This document shows positions 1-10,324 of a stretch of DNA of 64,000 nucleotides, one piece after another. Numbering within the stretch: the stretch's first letter is position 1; every line of letters starts with the position of its first letter. Under the pieces are notes generated by a model that ran no database searches, was not told the DNA's origin, and saw only the letters and a program-made list of their open reading frames with translations. The stretch is from positions 104,759 through 168,758 of the forward strand of contig CAYQST010000003.1 in the NCBI GenBank assembly GCA_964420295.1. The letters run 5' to 3'. The position numbers and the translations under genes are program-made. This DNA comes from an uncultured Chromatiales bacterium. GTDB lineage: Bacteria > Bacteroidota > Ignavibacteria > SZUA-365 > CAYQST01.

Positions 1-9
1 GATCCAACA

Positions 10-477
10 TCAGAACTTGCCCAGCTCGTCCTTGATCGCGGAATAATCAGGTTCGACACCAGGATTGTCCGACACCCACGCGTACTTCACCACGCCCTGA
101 GCATCCAGCACGAACACCGACCGCTTGGCGGCCGTGTACCCTGGCATTCCCGCGAAGTCGTGATGCGCGACCCCATAGGCTTCCACCGCTTCGCGGCGAT
201 AATCCGAAAGAACCGGGAACTGAAGGTTATTCCGCTTCGCGAAGGCATCGTTGCTGAACGGAGCGTCGACACTGATCGCCACGACGTTGGCATCGAGAGA
301 ATTCAATTCGGCCATGCTGTCGCGGAAGGAGCACAATTCCTTTTCACACACGCCCGTAAAGGCGGCGGGGAAAAACGCGATGACAGTTTTCTTGCCCTGG
401 AATGCTTCCAGAGATGTGAGTTCCCGTGCCGTGTCGGGAAGGGAAAATGCAGGTGCTTTCGAGCCGATTTCAACCAT
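10..477 (-). CDS. Peroxiredoxin (AhpC/TSA-Bcp family thiol peroxidase)
   Basis: 155 aa. Carries the FTGVCEKELC peroxidatic/resolving Cys motif and has thioredoxin-fold peroxiredoxin similarity along its whole length. Confidence 0.85.
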   Translation of the reverse strand: MVEIGSKAPAFSLPDTARELTSLEAFQGKKTVIAFFPAAFTGVCEKELCSFRDSMAELNSLDANVVAISVDAPFSNDAFAKRNNLQFPVLSDYRREAVEAYGVAHHDFAGMPGYTAAKRSVFVLDAQGVVKYAWVSDNPGVEPDYSAIKDELGKF

Positions 478-506
478 GATGGTGCCTCGTGAGTAAGAGT
501 GAGAAA

Positions 507-716
507 TTAGGATTGCAGAGATTTACAGCCGCATTTCACCGTGACCTGGTATTCCAGCTCGTTGGCGGTGTCCTTCAGACGGCCACGAACCTCGGCCACT
601 TCAAACCAGCCAATGGAACGCGTGCGCGCGACTTCGGTAATCGCCTGCTTAATGGCGTCTTCGATGCTCGCGGTGGAAACTCCGACAACGGTGAGATACT
701 CGAACATGGGACTCAT
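507..716 (-). CDS. Dodecin-family flavin-binding protein
   Basis: ~69 aa if started at the internal Met (MSPMFEYLTVVGVS...). Length and sequence pattern (VVG.S..S.EDAI..A...A......WFEV.E.RG) match dodecin. The track ORF 507..743 begins 27 nt upstream. Confidence 0.65.
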   Translation of the reverse strand: MSPMFEYLTVVGVSTASIEDAIKQAITEVARTRSIGWFEVAEVRGRLKDTANELEYQVTVKCGCKSLQS

Positions 717-820
717 TCTTCCTCCTTGTGATTCAATGGTCATTGGCAGAATACGTCAATGGGATAACACACCGCACGGCTCGGATCGTTCCGAGTCGCT
801 GGCGCGGAAAGGGCTGCGCC

Positions 821-3049
821 TCAGATTTCTTCGGGAGGAAAGTAATACCTCGTCACGTACTCGCTCACCATGCGATCCGTGTTGAATTGCGGAATGAGTG
901 TCTCCATCGATCGACGGATGCGCTGGATCCATTTTTTCGGGATACCTAACTCATTGCGATCGTAGTATTCGGGGATGATACTCGATACCAGCACCTCATA
1001 CAGCCGCTCGGCATCGATCCCATCCTGCAATTCGGAATCCTCTCCATGGGCATCTTCTCCGATCGCCCACCCATTGGTTCCATCGTACCCCTCCCGCCAC
1101 CATCCGTCCAGAATGCTCAGGTTGAGTCCCCCATGAATCAACACCTTCATGCCACTGGTGCCACTGGCTTCCATCGGACGGCGGGGTGTGTTGAGCCACA
1201 CATCCACGCCAGAAATGAGATGCCTGGCGACATTGATGTCGTAGTTCTCGAGAAACAGCACCTTGCCGAACAGGGCGGGATTCTTGGTGTATCCGATGAT
1301 TTGCTGAATGAACCGCTTCCCCTCGTCGTCGCGGGGATGGGCCTTCCCGGCGAAGATGAATTGCACGGGACGGTTCTCGTCGTTGATCAGTTCGATGATC
1401 CTCTGAATGTCGCGGAAAACCAGAGGCGCTCTCTTGTACGTGGCGAAACGACGGGCAAACCCGATCGTCAGGATGTCGGGAGAACCGAGCTGATCCTCCA
1501 CCGCCGCGAAATTGATGCCGACCCTCTGATAATGCACTTTGGTCACGCGACGAAGGAACTCGATGAGATCCCGACGTAACCCGTAGCGCAGAGCCCAGAG
1601 ATCCTCGTCCGGCACGAGATCGGGATCGGCCACCTGTTTCCAGAACGCGGTATTGCGCAGGGAATGCACCCACTTTTCGCCCAGGTGTTTCTGCCAGAAC
1701 ATGCGGGTGCGATGCGCCATCCACCCCAGGGTATGCACACCATTGGTGAGATGGCCGATGGGGACCTGGGCGGCCGAGGTGACGGGATACAGATGTTTCC
1801 ACATCTCGCGACTGACCTCCCCATGCAGGGCGCTGACGGCGTTCGCCGCTCGGGTGAGGCGAAGGGCCAGCACCGTCATGCAAAAGGGTTCCCCCACATC
1901 ATCAGGTTGCTCTCTCCCCAGCGCCATGAGCTCCGGCATCGTCAAACCCATGCCCGCCGCGTAGGGGGTCAGCATGAATTCCATCAGATCGGGGGTGAAC
2001 CGGTCGTGCCCCGCCGGAACGGGCGTGTGCGTGGTGAACACGGCATGGTGGCGAACCCACTTGTGCGCATCGGCCATGGGATCTCCCAGAGCCCATCGCT
2101 CGCGCATCAGTTCGAGAAGAAGAAACGAGCTGTGTCCTTCATTCAAATGATACACTGCGGGATTCATGCCCAGCGCACGGAGGAAACGTACCCCGCCGAT
2201 GCCCAGCACGATTTCCTGCATGATTCGTGTCGTGCTGTCTCCACCGTAGACACGCGCGGTAATTTCGCGATGATGCAATTCGTTTTCGGGACGATTGGTG
2301 TCGAGGAGATAAATCGTGGCCCGACCTACCGCAATTTTATACGCGTGAAACATCACCGTGCTGTGTCCGATCTCTACCGAGGCAAGCACAGGCGCTCCAT
2401 TGGCATCGGTGACGAGCTGGATCGGAATCATGTCGGGATCGACGAGCGGATAATTCTCGTACTGCCAGCCATCAGGCCCCACGGTCTGCTGAAAGTAGCC
2501 GTTGCGGTAGAACAGACTGACTCCCACCAGGGGTACCCCCAGATCGCTTGCTGATTTGGTGTGATCCCCCGCGAGAATACCCAGACCGCCGGAATAGATC
2601 GGCAGACATTCATGCAGGCCGAACTCGGCACTGAAATACGCCACCTGCTGATCCTTGTGCGCCCCCGCATGACTGGTCCACCACGTGTCATCCCGATCCA
2701 TGTAGCGTTGGAATTCCTCCAACACCGCGGCGACGCGCTGCGCGAAGTCCCGCTCGCAGAGACGGGCCCGTAGCTCGTTTCGTGAAATGCTCTTCAGCAC
2801 CGCCACCGCATTGTGATTCGAGGACCGCCACTTTCTCTCCGAGAGCGTGAAAAACAAGTCCTGAGCCTGAGGATTCCAGGTCCACCAAATGTTATAGGCC
2901 AAACGCGTTAAACCGTCGATCAGCGCATCGGTACGTTGCAGAAAATCGGAATTCATGCGGCTCCTTGGATCATGTACATACTGCTCGGTTCGGAAGAACA
3001 TTCCATGCGAACCGGCTGGAAATAGAACACGGGATTCGGAAATATCCAT
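821..3049 (-). CDS. glgP: Alpha-1,4-glucan (glycogen/maltodextrin) phosphorylase, GT35 family
   Basis: 742 aa with GT35 motifs (AYFSAEFGLHE..PIYSGGLGILAGD, NIWWTWNP). The true start may be the internal Met at ~2956. Confidence 0.85.
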   Translation of the reverse strand: MDISESRVLFPAGSHGMFFRTEQYVHDPRSRMNSDFLQRTDALIDGLTRLAYNIWWTWNPQAQDLFFTLSERKWRSSNHNAVAVLKSISRNELRARLCERDFAQRVAAVLEEFQRYMDRDDTWWTSHAGAHKDQQVAYFSAEFGLHECLPIYSGGLGILAGDHTKSASDLGVPLVGVSLFYRNGYFQQTVGPDGWQYENYPLVDPDMIPIQLVTDANGAPVLASVEIGHSTVMFHAYKIAVGRATIYLLDTNRPENELHHREITARVYGGDSTTRIMQEIVLGIGGVRFLRALGMNPAVYHLNEGHSSFLLLELMRERWALGDPMADAHKWVRHHAVFTTHTPVPAGHDRFTPDLMEFMLTPYAAGMGLTMPELMALGREQPDDVGEPFCMTVLALRLTRAANAVSALHGEVSREMWKHLYPVTSAAQVPIGHLTNGVHTLGWMAHRTRMFWQKHLGEKWVHSLRNTAFWKQVADPDLVPDEDLWALRYGLRRDLIEFLRRVTKVHYQRVGINFAAVEDQLGSPDILTIGFARRFATYKRAPLVFRDIQRIIELINDENRPVQFIFAGKAHPRDDEGKRFIQQIIGYTKNPALFGKVLFLENYDINVARHLISGVDVWLNTPRRPMEASGTSGMKVLIHGGLNLSILDGWWREGYDGTNGWAIGEDAHGEDSELQDGIDAERLYEVLVSSIIPEYYDRNELGIPKKWIQRIRRSMETLIPQFNTDRMVSEYVTRYYFPPEEI

Positions 3050-3202
3050 CCCGCCTCATCTTCGATTTGGCTCCTTCACAGCGGAACCGCTTCCAGGTCT
3101 CCTCTATGAACTCCGTGGAGCAGTCCTCCGTTCCACTTCCCCTTCGACAGTGAGCGTGGGGCTGGAGTCTGCCTCCTATCCATATCCGGCACGAAGTGCG
3201 GC

Positions 3203-6115
3203 TTACGGGTGAGAGCGGTATTGCAGAGTCTGGCCGGCCTTCAGCGTCGTCAGAGTGGGATTCCAGACGCGAAGGTCCTCGATGGCCACCCCGAGCTTAC
3301 GCGAGATGCCATACAACGTTTCTCCTTTCTCCACTGTATAGGACGACATGGATCCTGATTCGGGTGCCTTCTTCGCAGGCACCTCCTGACGCGGAGAGAT
3401 GGACACCGATTCGGTACCCGGCTTCCGGATTCGCAACTCCTGTCCGAGGAAAATGTCATTCCCCTTAATGTCGTTCCATGCACGAATTTGATCCATCGTC
3501 AACCCGTATTTCTTGGCGATGGTCGATAGTCGATCCCCCCTGCGTACGATATGGGTTTCGGAAGCGTTTTCCGGATGCAGGTCGGACCTGAGGGAGGGCC
3601 GTTGCTCATCCGCGAGCGATGCCGGGAGTGACACGGGAGCATGGACCTGCAACACCTGGCCAACCCGCATGTCGGCTCCCTGCAAGCCATTCCATCGCTT
3701 CAGAGAATCCACAGTGATGCCGTAACGACGGGCGATGCCGTAGAGGGTCTCTCCCGCAACCACCGTGTGCGTGCTATCCTTCCGGGCACCGGGCTCGCCT
3801 GCGGAACTCGCACTGATTTTCCCTCGGACCTCCGGCTTCCGCACGGGAGGATCGGTGCTATACACGCGCAATACCTGACCAACTGAAACCGCATCGGAGC
3901 CGAGGGTATTCCATTCCATCACGTCGGCAACCGAAACCTTGTACAGCGAGGCAATCGTCCAAAGGTTTTCGCCCCGCTCCACCCGATGCTGGTACTCCCT
4001 CCCTTTCGGGCGCGGGGTGGACTCCGGAGTTTTCGATTTCACGCTGTCGTACAGGGGCTTCCCGGCAAGCACCTTCCCCGGCGAGTAGATTTTCAGCACG
4101 CGCCCGGTTTTCACGCGTGGCGTGTTGAGATTGTTCCAATGCATCAGGTTGTCGAGTGACACATTGAAGGCGGCCGCGATGCCCGCGAGTGTTTCGCCGC
4201 GTTGCACGCGGTGACGATTCATCGGTGTGCCCTTTTCCTCTCCAGCCGCACGAGCGCGAACGTAGGGAAGTTCCTCGTTTCGCGCCGGGGCTGCCGCGAC
4301 AGGCTTCGCGGCCAGCTCACCTTGAGGCCGATCCGGCCGAACCCACACGATCAGGTCCATGCCTGGAGTGATGACCGCGTTCGACGGGAGTCCATTCCAG
4401 GTCATCACATCCGAAATCGTCACGCCATGGCGATCCGCAATACCCCCCAGGGTCATGCCGGCTTCCACCGGAACGATGGTTTTCGTCCGCCCTCTGGTGT
4501 TGGTCATGCGATCCTTCTGATCCCGTTCGGTACTGGGTCGGGTAAGGTTGTCCCGTGCCACCGCTGCGGCGGTGCCCTTCGCATCTCCGGAAGCCGGGAT
4601 CCGCAGCACCATCCCCGGCTTGATGCGTGACCGGCGAGATAAATCGTTTGCCGAGCGCAGGGACGACTCCGATACCCCGTACCGGGCGGCCACCCGTGCG
4701 GGCGTCTCGCCACGACGCACTTTGTGCAGTCGAACCTCCGACACCTTTCCCGACGGAAGCTGCGCGAGCTTCTCTCCGAGAAGACGGCCCTGCCCGGCGG
4801 GAACCCGCACGATGGTTTCACGATCGTCGCCCGGAGTCACCCCCTGAAGAATGTGCGGATTCATTTCACGAAGCACGACGGGGTCCGCTCCCACAACCTG
4901 CGCGATATCGTCGAGACTCACACTGCGACGCACGCGCACGGGATCGAACTCGTATGGATCCTGATAGTCGATGTGCGTGAATTCATAGGCCTCGAGATTG
5001 AGACCGATCACTGCCACGGCTATAAAACGCGGGACATAGTTCTGTGTTTCCGATGGAAGAAGGGGCTTGATATCCCAGAAGGTGGGCCGATCGAGTTTCG
5101 AGGCAAGAATGGCTCGGTCGATGCGACCCGCTCCCGCGTTGTAGGCCGCCAGGGCCAAATGCCAGTCCTTGTAGCGATTGTACAGATCCCTCAGATGACG
5201 CCCCGCCGCCCGGGTAGCCTTCTCAGGATCCCGGCGATCATCACAGTAGGCGTCTCCATACAGGCCGTACATTTCTCCAGTGGATTTTAAAAATTGCCAG
5301 AGTCCAACGCACTTCGCGATCGAACGGGCATTGGGATTGACCCCGCTTTCCACCATGGTCAGAAAGATGATCTCGTCCGGAAGCCCCTCCTCCTTGAGGA
5401 TGTTCTTCATGCGAGGGAAGTAGCGGCCGGATCTCTCCAGCCAACGCTCGTAGGTCCCACGGGCTTGCGTTGTAAAGAAGTAGATGTTACGCTCTACATC
5501 TTCGTTCAATGGCAGGGGAATCGTGGTGGCCGGCGCTTCCTTGAACGTGAGTTTCGTCAGGTCGGGATGCTCGGTCTGAATCTTCGCGTCGAAAAGGGCA
5601 TTCATCACCGACACCGGAAGATCGAAGGACTGATCGGGCACCTTGACGACACACACACTGTAGAGCGCAGCGAGATTTCTCGATAGTACCGTATGAGTAC
5701 TGTCGCTTTCGGCATCCGGGTAATAGGTGGCACGATCCAACTGTCGTGCGGCATCCTGACAATGCGCGAAGGCCTGCAGGGTATCACCTTTTTCCAGGGA
5801 CTTCCGTGCAAGCACCACATGAAGTCGGGCCCGATCCATGACTGCGCTGTAATCCGCGAGGTTCACTTCCGGCACCGGCGGGAGGGAGTCCACCAAGGTC
5901 GCCGGTCTCGGAAGCAAAGAATCGGTCGCGACAGCCAAGGGCTCCTGCCCAGTCGCGGGATCGGGGGTTTGTGTGATAGGCCTGCTGCCCGAACACCCGG
6001 ACAGTACGGCAAGGACAAAGGCGGCCCACGCCACCAGTCCGTTCCACCCCGCTCCGCAGGATATGATCCGCAGCGGAAGTCGAAGAGGATGTTGGGATCG
6101 TGATCGTACCGTCAT
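3203..6115 (-). CDS. mltD: Membrane-bound lytic murein transglycosylase D-like lipoprotein with ~7 LysM repeats
   Basis: 970 aa. Lipoprotein signal (VLSGCSG), an SLT domain (GLWQFLKSTGEMYGL) and seven C-terminal LysM repeats of the form GETLxxIAxxYxVSxxxLxxWN. Confidence 0.85.
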   Translation of the reverse strand: MTVRSRSQHPLRLPLRIISCGAGWNGLVAWAAFVLAVLSGCSGSRPITQTPDPATGQEPLAVATDSLLPRPATLVDSLPPVPEVNLADYSAVMDRARLHVVLARKSLEKGDTLQAFAHCQDAARQLDRATYYPDAESDSTHTVLSRNLAALYSVCVVKVPDQSFDLPVSVMNALFDAKIQTEHPDLTKLTFKEAPATTIPLPLNEDVERNIYFFTTQARGTYERWLERSGRYFPRMKNILKEEGLPDEIIFLTMVESGVNPNARSIAKCVGLWQFLKSTGEMYGLYGDAYCDDRRDPEKATRAAGRHLRDLYNRYKDWHLALAAYNAGAGRIDRAILASKLDRPTFWDIKPLLPSETQNYVPRFIAVAVIGLNLEAYEFTHIDYQDPYEFDPVRVRRSVSLDDIAQVVGADPVVLREMNPHILQGVTPGDDRETIVRVPAGQGRLLGEKLAQLPSGKVSEVRLHKVRRGETPARVAARYGVSESSLRSANDLSRRSRIKPGMVLRIPASGDAKGTAAAVARDNLTRPSTERDQKDRMTNTRGRTKTIVPVEAGMTLGGIADRHGVTISDVMTWNGLPSNAVITPGMDLIVWVRPDRPQGELAAKPVAAAPARNEELPYVRARAAGEEKGTPMNRHRVQRGETLAGIAAAFNVSLDNLMHWNNLNTPRVKTGRVLKIYSPGKVLAGKPLYDSVKSKTPESTPRPKGREYQHRVERGENLWTIASLYKVSVADVMEWNTLGSDAVSVGQVLRVYSTDPPVRKPEVRGKISASSAGEPGARKDSTHTVVAGETLYGIARRYGITVDSLKRWNGLQGADMRVGQVLQVHAPVSLPASLADEQRPSLRSDLHPENASETHIVRRGDRLSTIAKKYGLTMDQIRAWNDIKGNDIFLGQELRIRKPGTESVSISPRQEVPAKKAPESGSMSSYTVEKGETLYGISRKLGVAIEDLRVWNPTLTTLKAGQTLQYRSHP

Positions 6116-6367
6116 GTCTAACTCGTTTCTGATGGAACAGGATACGGAATAGACAAAAAAAGTACGGATTGCCGTTCAGAAAATCAATGAATCGAACCGC
6201 ATCAAACTCTTGTCCGGTCAAAAGATGATAGCCGGGACAACACAGGGCCTGGAGACGGCCAACACTCGATTCGTCTATGCCGGCCTTGTCCGTTCATCGC
6301 GAAGAACTGAAACGCGATGTAATGATCGAGGCGTGTGGGGAATGGCCTGCGGGGCATGAGGCCGACC

Positions 6368-8050
6368 TTACGGACCGACAGCATTTGGCGTCTGCATGCT
6401 GTGATTGCTGTCCACCGGCGTGAGCTCCGCGATCTTCTCGAAGACCAGGGCCCCGAACCGCTGATCGGGACTGATAAATTCCCGAAGCAGCCGGTAGGAC
6501 GAACGATGTTGCTCGAAATATGGGAAGGCGACATCTCCGCCGAATTGACTGTTGCCGTAGTGGCTGTCCCAGACCACGATGGAACCAATCGGGGCAGTGG
6601 CCAAGGTGGCGATTTCCATTGACCGATCGCGATTCTTGTCGCTGATATGAATGCCCGCGAAATACCGGAAAAGCACGTGATTGCCATACAAAGGGCGCTG
6701 GCTATAGGGCTGGGTCAGATACCATTCGGCTACCTGCTTCATGGTTTGGGCTTCGCCATCGAGGGTCCGAGGCTTTTCCGTCGCCACCGTCACTGAAATG
6801 GCACCGAGCATGGTCAGCGCGAGCAGAGCAGCCGGCCCGGTTCGCGGTCCCAGTGTCCGCAAGCCCAACACTGCCAGGAAAAACACGCCCACGATGCCAG
6901 CGTTCGTGTAGGAAACAACCTCGGTCAACACCAGTCCATTTGCTTCCCGATGGAGGAAGAAGAGAACCAGAGCAAAGAATATACCGAGACTGAGTAACGC
7001 GGAGGTTTTCGTTTCCTTTTCGAAAAAGGCGTTGAAGCCTTTCACTCCATACACGGCCACGAGAGGAGCGATGGAGAGCAGATATCGCCAGTGACCAGGA
7101 TTGGCACCGAAATTGGGCAGATCCCAGGCGCTGAACACAGCCCAGCCGAACATGATCGTAAAGGTAAAAAAGAGGAATCCATGCTCCGTGATGGCCTGAC
7201 GCATTCGGGAAGGAACGGAGAACAGGGACCAGAATCCAACGTGCAACAAGGCGAGCGAGATCGGACCGACGATGAAGATCATGGTTTCGAAATAGTGCCA
7301 GAAGGGCTTGTGCGGCACCTCCACTCCGAGCCCGATTTTGCGCATGTCGTCGAGGAGCCACATCATGTTTCCCGTTCCCAACCAGCCGATCAACGCGAGT
7401 ACCAGGGGAGTCCACCCCAAGGCGAGAAACGGAATCCAACGTTTCTTCATGAGGAAGAGAATGCCCAGGCCGATGCTCACAAGAGCGAATTCCTGTCGGA
7501 TGCTGAAGATATAGGAGGAGCAGAGCGCCGCAAGAAGCCATCGCTCCTGGTAGTAGAACAGGATCATGAGCACCACGAACAGACCGGCGGTAATCTCGCT
7601 GTAGCTCCGGAAGGACAACTGAAGATACAGCGGCTGAGCGGCCAGGAGGATCGCACCCAGACTGGCATTGCGGAGCGAGAGGGCGCGCCCGAGGTAATAC
7701 GTGGCTACGACAGTGAGGGCAGAGATCAGACAATGCATCAGGGCGATGCCCGGCAATCCAAATAATCCCGACACCGCCACAAGGATTTTCCATCCCGGTT
7801 TGGGCTGATTGCCCATGATGCTGAATGGATCGGCGAAGAAGTTCAGAATGTTTCGCGCATGGCCAATTTCGTCATCCTGATAAAATCCGGTCGAACCCTG
7901 ACTGAACCAGTAATACACCAGGACGAGAAAGGGCACTAGCACCCAGATGTAGCGGTGGATCACCTCGTCCACATTGAACGGAGCAGTGGTCACGAGGGGC
8001 CGGGTTGTCTTCCGGGTTTCTGCCGTGGTGAGCTTCCTGGTCTTCGCCAT
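6368..8050 (-). CDS. PMT_2/GT39-family (ArnT/Pmt-like) integral-membrane glycosyltransferase using a polyprenol-P-sugar donor
   Basis: ~560 aa, polytopic, with a loop-1 DE motif (FYQDDEIGHARN). The start is taken at MAKTRKL, whose ATG overlaps the upstream GT4 stop as TGATG. The track ORF runs 45 nt further, to 8095. Confidence 0.7.
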   Translation of the reverse strand: MAKTRKLTTAETRKTTRPLVTTAPFNVDEVIHRYIWVLVPFLVLVYYWFSQGSTGFYQDDEIGHARNILNFFADPFSIMGNQPKPGWKILVAVSGLFGLPGIALMHCLISALTVVATYYLGRALSLRNASLGAILLAAQPLYLQLSFRSYSEITAGLFVVLMILFYYQERWLLAALCSSYIFSIRQEFALVSIGLGILFLMKKRWIPFLALGWTPLVLALIGWLGTGNMMWLLDDMRKIGLGVEVPHKPFWHYFETMIFIVGPISLALLHVGFWSLFSVPSRMRQAITEHGFLFFTFTIMFGWAVFSAWDLPNFGANPGHWRYLLSIAPLVAVYGVKGFNAFFEKETKTSALLSLGIFFALVLFFLHREANGLVLTEVVSYTNAGIVGVFFLAVLGLRTLGPRTGPAALLALTMLGAISVTVATEKPRTLDGEAQTMKQVAEWYLTQPYSQRPLYGNHVLFRYFAGIHISDKNRDRSMEIATLATAPIGSIVVWDSHYGNSQFGGDVAFPYFEQHRSSYRLLREFISPDQRFGALVFEKIAELTPVDSNHSMQTPNAVGP

Positions 8051-9231
8051 CAGGACATCTCCTTTTCGTTCTGACGAGAGTGAGGGGGGAACCACTCGGT
8101 GGCCAGATCTTCGATCCCTTCCACCATTGCGTCCCAGGAGTATTTCCGAGCTTCCAGAATCACATTCTCGCGAAACTCCGTAAATCGATCTTCATCAAAA
8201 AATCGCACCATCGCTTCCGCCAGTGCGGCCGGATCGTCTGGCGGACGGATGTATCCGGTGACGCCATCGAGCACCACCTCTCCGAGTCCCCCCACATCGG
8301 TGGCGATCACAGGACGACGGAAATTGTATGCAATCTGAATGATGCCGCTTTGCGTTGCCGACTTGTACGGGAGGGCAAGAACATCGGCAGCGGAAAAAAA
8401 CATGCCGACCTCCTCGTTTGGAACATAGTCCGCGTGAAAATGGACGATCTGCTCCAACCCCAATCGAGACACCTGATCGCGATAGGCCTGCTCGTTGTTA
8501 TAGAACTCCCCGACAACCAGCACCCGGACACGGTGCCTGCCCAGCACAAGAGGAACAGCGTCGAGCAGGACATCGAGTCCCTTATACTCTCTCACATATC
8601 CAAAAAACAACACGACCTTGTCCGACGGCTCCAGGTGCACCCCTCGTGCCGCCAGCTGCGATCGGGCCTCGGTTCGGGATATTTCGTCGCCGAAAATTTC
8701 GTACACGGGGTGCGGGAGATACCGGTATCGGGGCGACGTCACCAGAGTCCGCAAATCCTGCTCGACGGCGCGACTCTGCACCACGTACCCATCGACGAAG
8801 CGCAAGGCGAATCGTGTGAGCAGGCGATCCCCTGGACGGTGTTCGTGAGGAATGAGGTTATCACAGATGTACACCACCTTGGTGGGACGTCTCCACCGCA
8901 CGATGGCCGATATCACCCCATAACAGGGAGCGAAGAAGGGCATCCAGTATTTGAAGAGCAACAGATCGGGTTTGCGGGCGCGGAGTCGCCATCCGGTACG
9001 GATCCACGAGAAGGGATTGATCGAATCCATCCACGGAAGACTCTCGAGAGGGATCCCCGCATCACCGGTTTCCTGTTGCGTCTTCCCCGGAAACAGCAAC
9101 GACGGGTACTGTCGCGAAAACGTCACGACCGTTACCTGATGATGCCGTGAGAGATACTTCCACAACAATCCCACATAGTGGGCGATGCCCCCTCGAAGGG
9201 GATAGGCCGTACCGAGGAGGATGATGTTCAT
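8050..9231 (-). CDS. Glycosyltransferase family 4 (GT-B, RfaG-like)
   Basis: 393 aa with GT4 C-terminal motifs (ALPYKSATQSGIIQIAY, EVVLDGVTGY). Confidence 0.8.
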   Translation of the reverse strand: MNIILLGTAYPLRGGIAHYVGLLWKYLSRHHQVTVVTFSRQYPSLLFPGKTQQETGDAGIPLESLPWMDSINPFSWIRTGWRLRARKPDLLLFKYWMPFFAPCYGVISAIVRWRRPTKVVYICDNLIPHEHRPGDRLLTRFALRFVDGYVVQSRAVEQDLRTLVTSPRYRYLPHPVYEIFGDEISRTEARSQLAARGVHLEPSDKVVLFFGYVREYKGLDVLLDAVPLVLGRHRVRVLVVGEFYNNEQAYRDQVSRLGLEQIVHFHADYVPNEEVGMFFSAADVLALPYKSATQSGIIQIAYNFRRPVIATDVGGLGEVVLDGVTGYIRPPDDPAALAEAMVRFFDEDRFTEFRENVILEARKYSWDAMVEGIEDLATEWFPPHSRQNEKEMS

Positions 9232-9234
9232 TGT

Positions 9235-10317
9235 CTACGATCCCGATCGAGGGATCCAACGCCCGATGGCATCAGCGACTCGTTCCGGTTCGAGGTGCTC
9301 CATGCACCGATATTCCGGGTTCGTGCAGGTGGGGGAGAAAAAACAAGTGCAGGGTCGTGAGGGTTCAAGAACCTCTCCACGCCCATACAGTTCAAATTCG
9401 TGCCGATTGAAAATGTTGTTGAACAGGATGAGCGGTTTGCGCAATCCGATCGCCAGATGCATCGCCATGGTGACGGCCGAGACGATCACATCGCATTCCC
9501 GCATCAAGGCCGTGAAGCGTGGCAGAGTGGAATGCCCAAGGTACACCGCGCCGGTCGCGTCGGCCAGGGCTTGGTTGAAGGTATCCTCCTGGGCCCCACC
9601 GAGAAGCAAAGGAGTCCAACCCCGATCCCGGAGAAGCCCGATCAGGTGCCGCCACGAAGCTTCCGGCCAGAGACGACTGGTCCACCGCCCCCCACATCCG
9701 GTATTCAGTCCTATCACGGGACGGGTGAGTCCTGTCGGGAGGGGCCAGCTTTCCGTGTTTTCGAGAATGTACTCCTCACCCTGCCAGGTGAATCCCGCCA
9801 CTTCGAAGATCTCATCGAGATAATGGCGGGTATTGGCCTGGTTGACATCATCGAACAGGCCGGTCAGGAATTTATGGCGCGCATCCTGATCGATCGGGGC
9901 GCAGACCCCGTTCTGCAGGATGAATCCTTTCTTCACACTGGCCTCGATACGGTCGGCAAGTGCGCAGGCCTCCCGATCCTTGTCCAGATTCAGGAGCAGA
10001 TCGAAGTTGACGGCCAGAATGCTGATCATGCTCTCCAGTGAGAAGTTCATCGCCACATCAACGTCACGCGGAAGAATCTCGGGGGTACGGGTCAGCCACC
10101 AGATCCGGGCATTCGGATAGTCCGCCCTCAAACGATGCAGTAAAGGCGTGGTGCGTATGACATCACCGATCGCGCCCAATTTGATAATGAGGATGTTACG
10201 ATCGGTGGGGAGGTAATGCGGACAGGAGTCGCAATGCACTCCTTCTTCCTTGTGCGGGCGGCACGGAAGATCCCCGCGAAAGTGACGGCAATGGGACGTA
10301 TAGGAGGGATAGATCAT
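9235..10317 (-). CDS. Glycosyltransferase family 9 (LPS heptosyltransferase-like) with Cys-rich N-terminal extension
   Basis: 360 aa. GT9 motifs (ILIIKLGAIGDVIRTTPLL) preceded by C-x8-C-x9-C-x2-C in the first 35 residues. Confidence 0.75.
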   Translation of the reverse strand: MIYPSYTSHCRHFRGDLPCRPHKEEGVHCDSCPHYLPTDRNILIIKLGAIGDVIRTTPLLHRLRADYPNARIWWLTRTPEILPRDVDVAMNFSLESMISILAVNFDLLLNLDKDREACALADRIEASVKKGFILQNGVCAPIDQDARHKFLTGLFDDVNQANTRHYLDEIFEVAGFTWQGEEYILENTESWPLPTGLTRPVIGLNTGCGGRWTSRLWPEASWRHLIGLLRDRGWTPLLLGGAQEDTFNQALADATGAVYLGHSTLPRFTALMRECDVIVSAVTMAMHLAIGLRKPLILFNNIFNRHEFELYGRGEVLEPSRPCTCFFSPTCTNPEYRCMEHLEPERVADAIGRWIPRSGS

Positions 10318-10324
10318 GCGGACG

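Noticed and set aside
996-1883. 295-aa ORF antisense within glgP, plus the similar 6702..7793 ORF within the PMT-like gene
   Set aside because: Both are shadow ORFs inside well-supported genes, with Arg/Pro/Gly-rich low-complexity translations.
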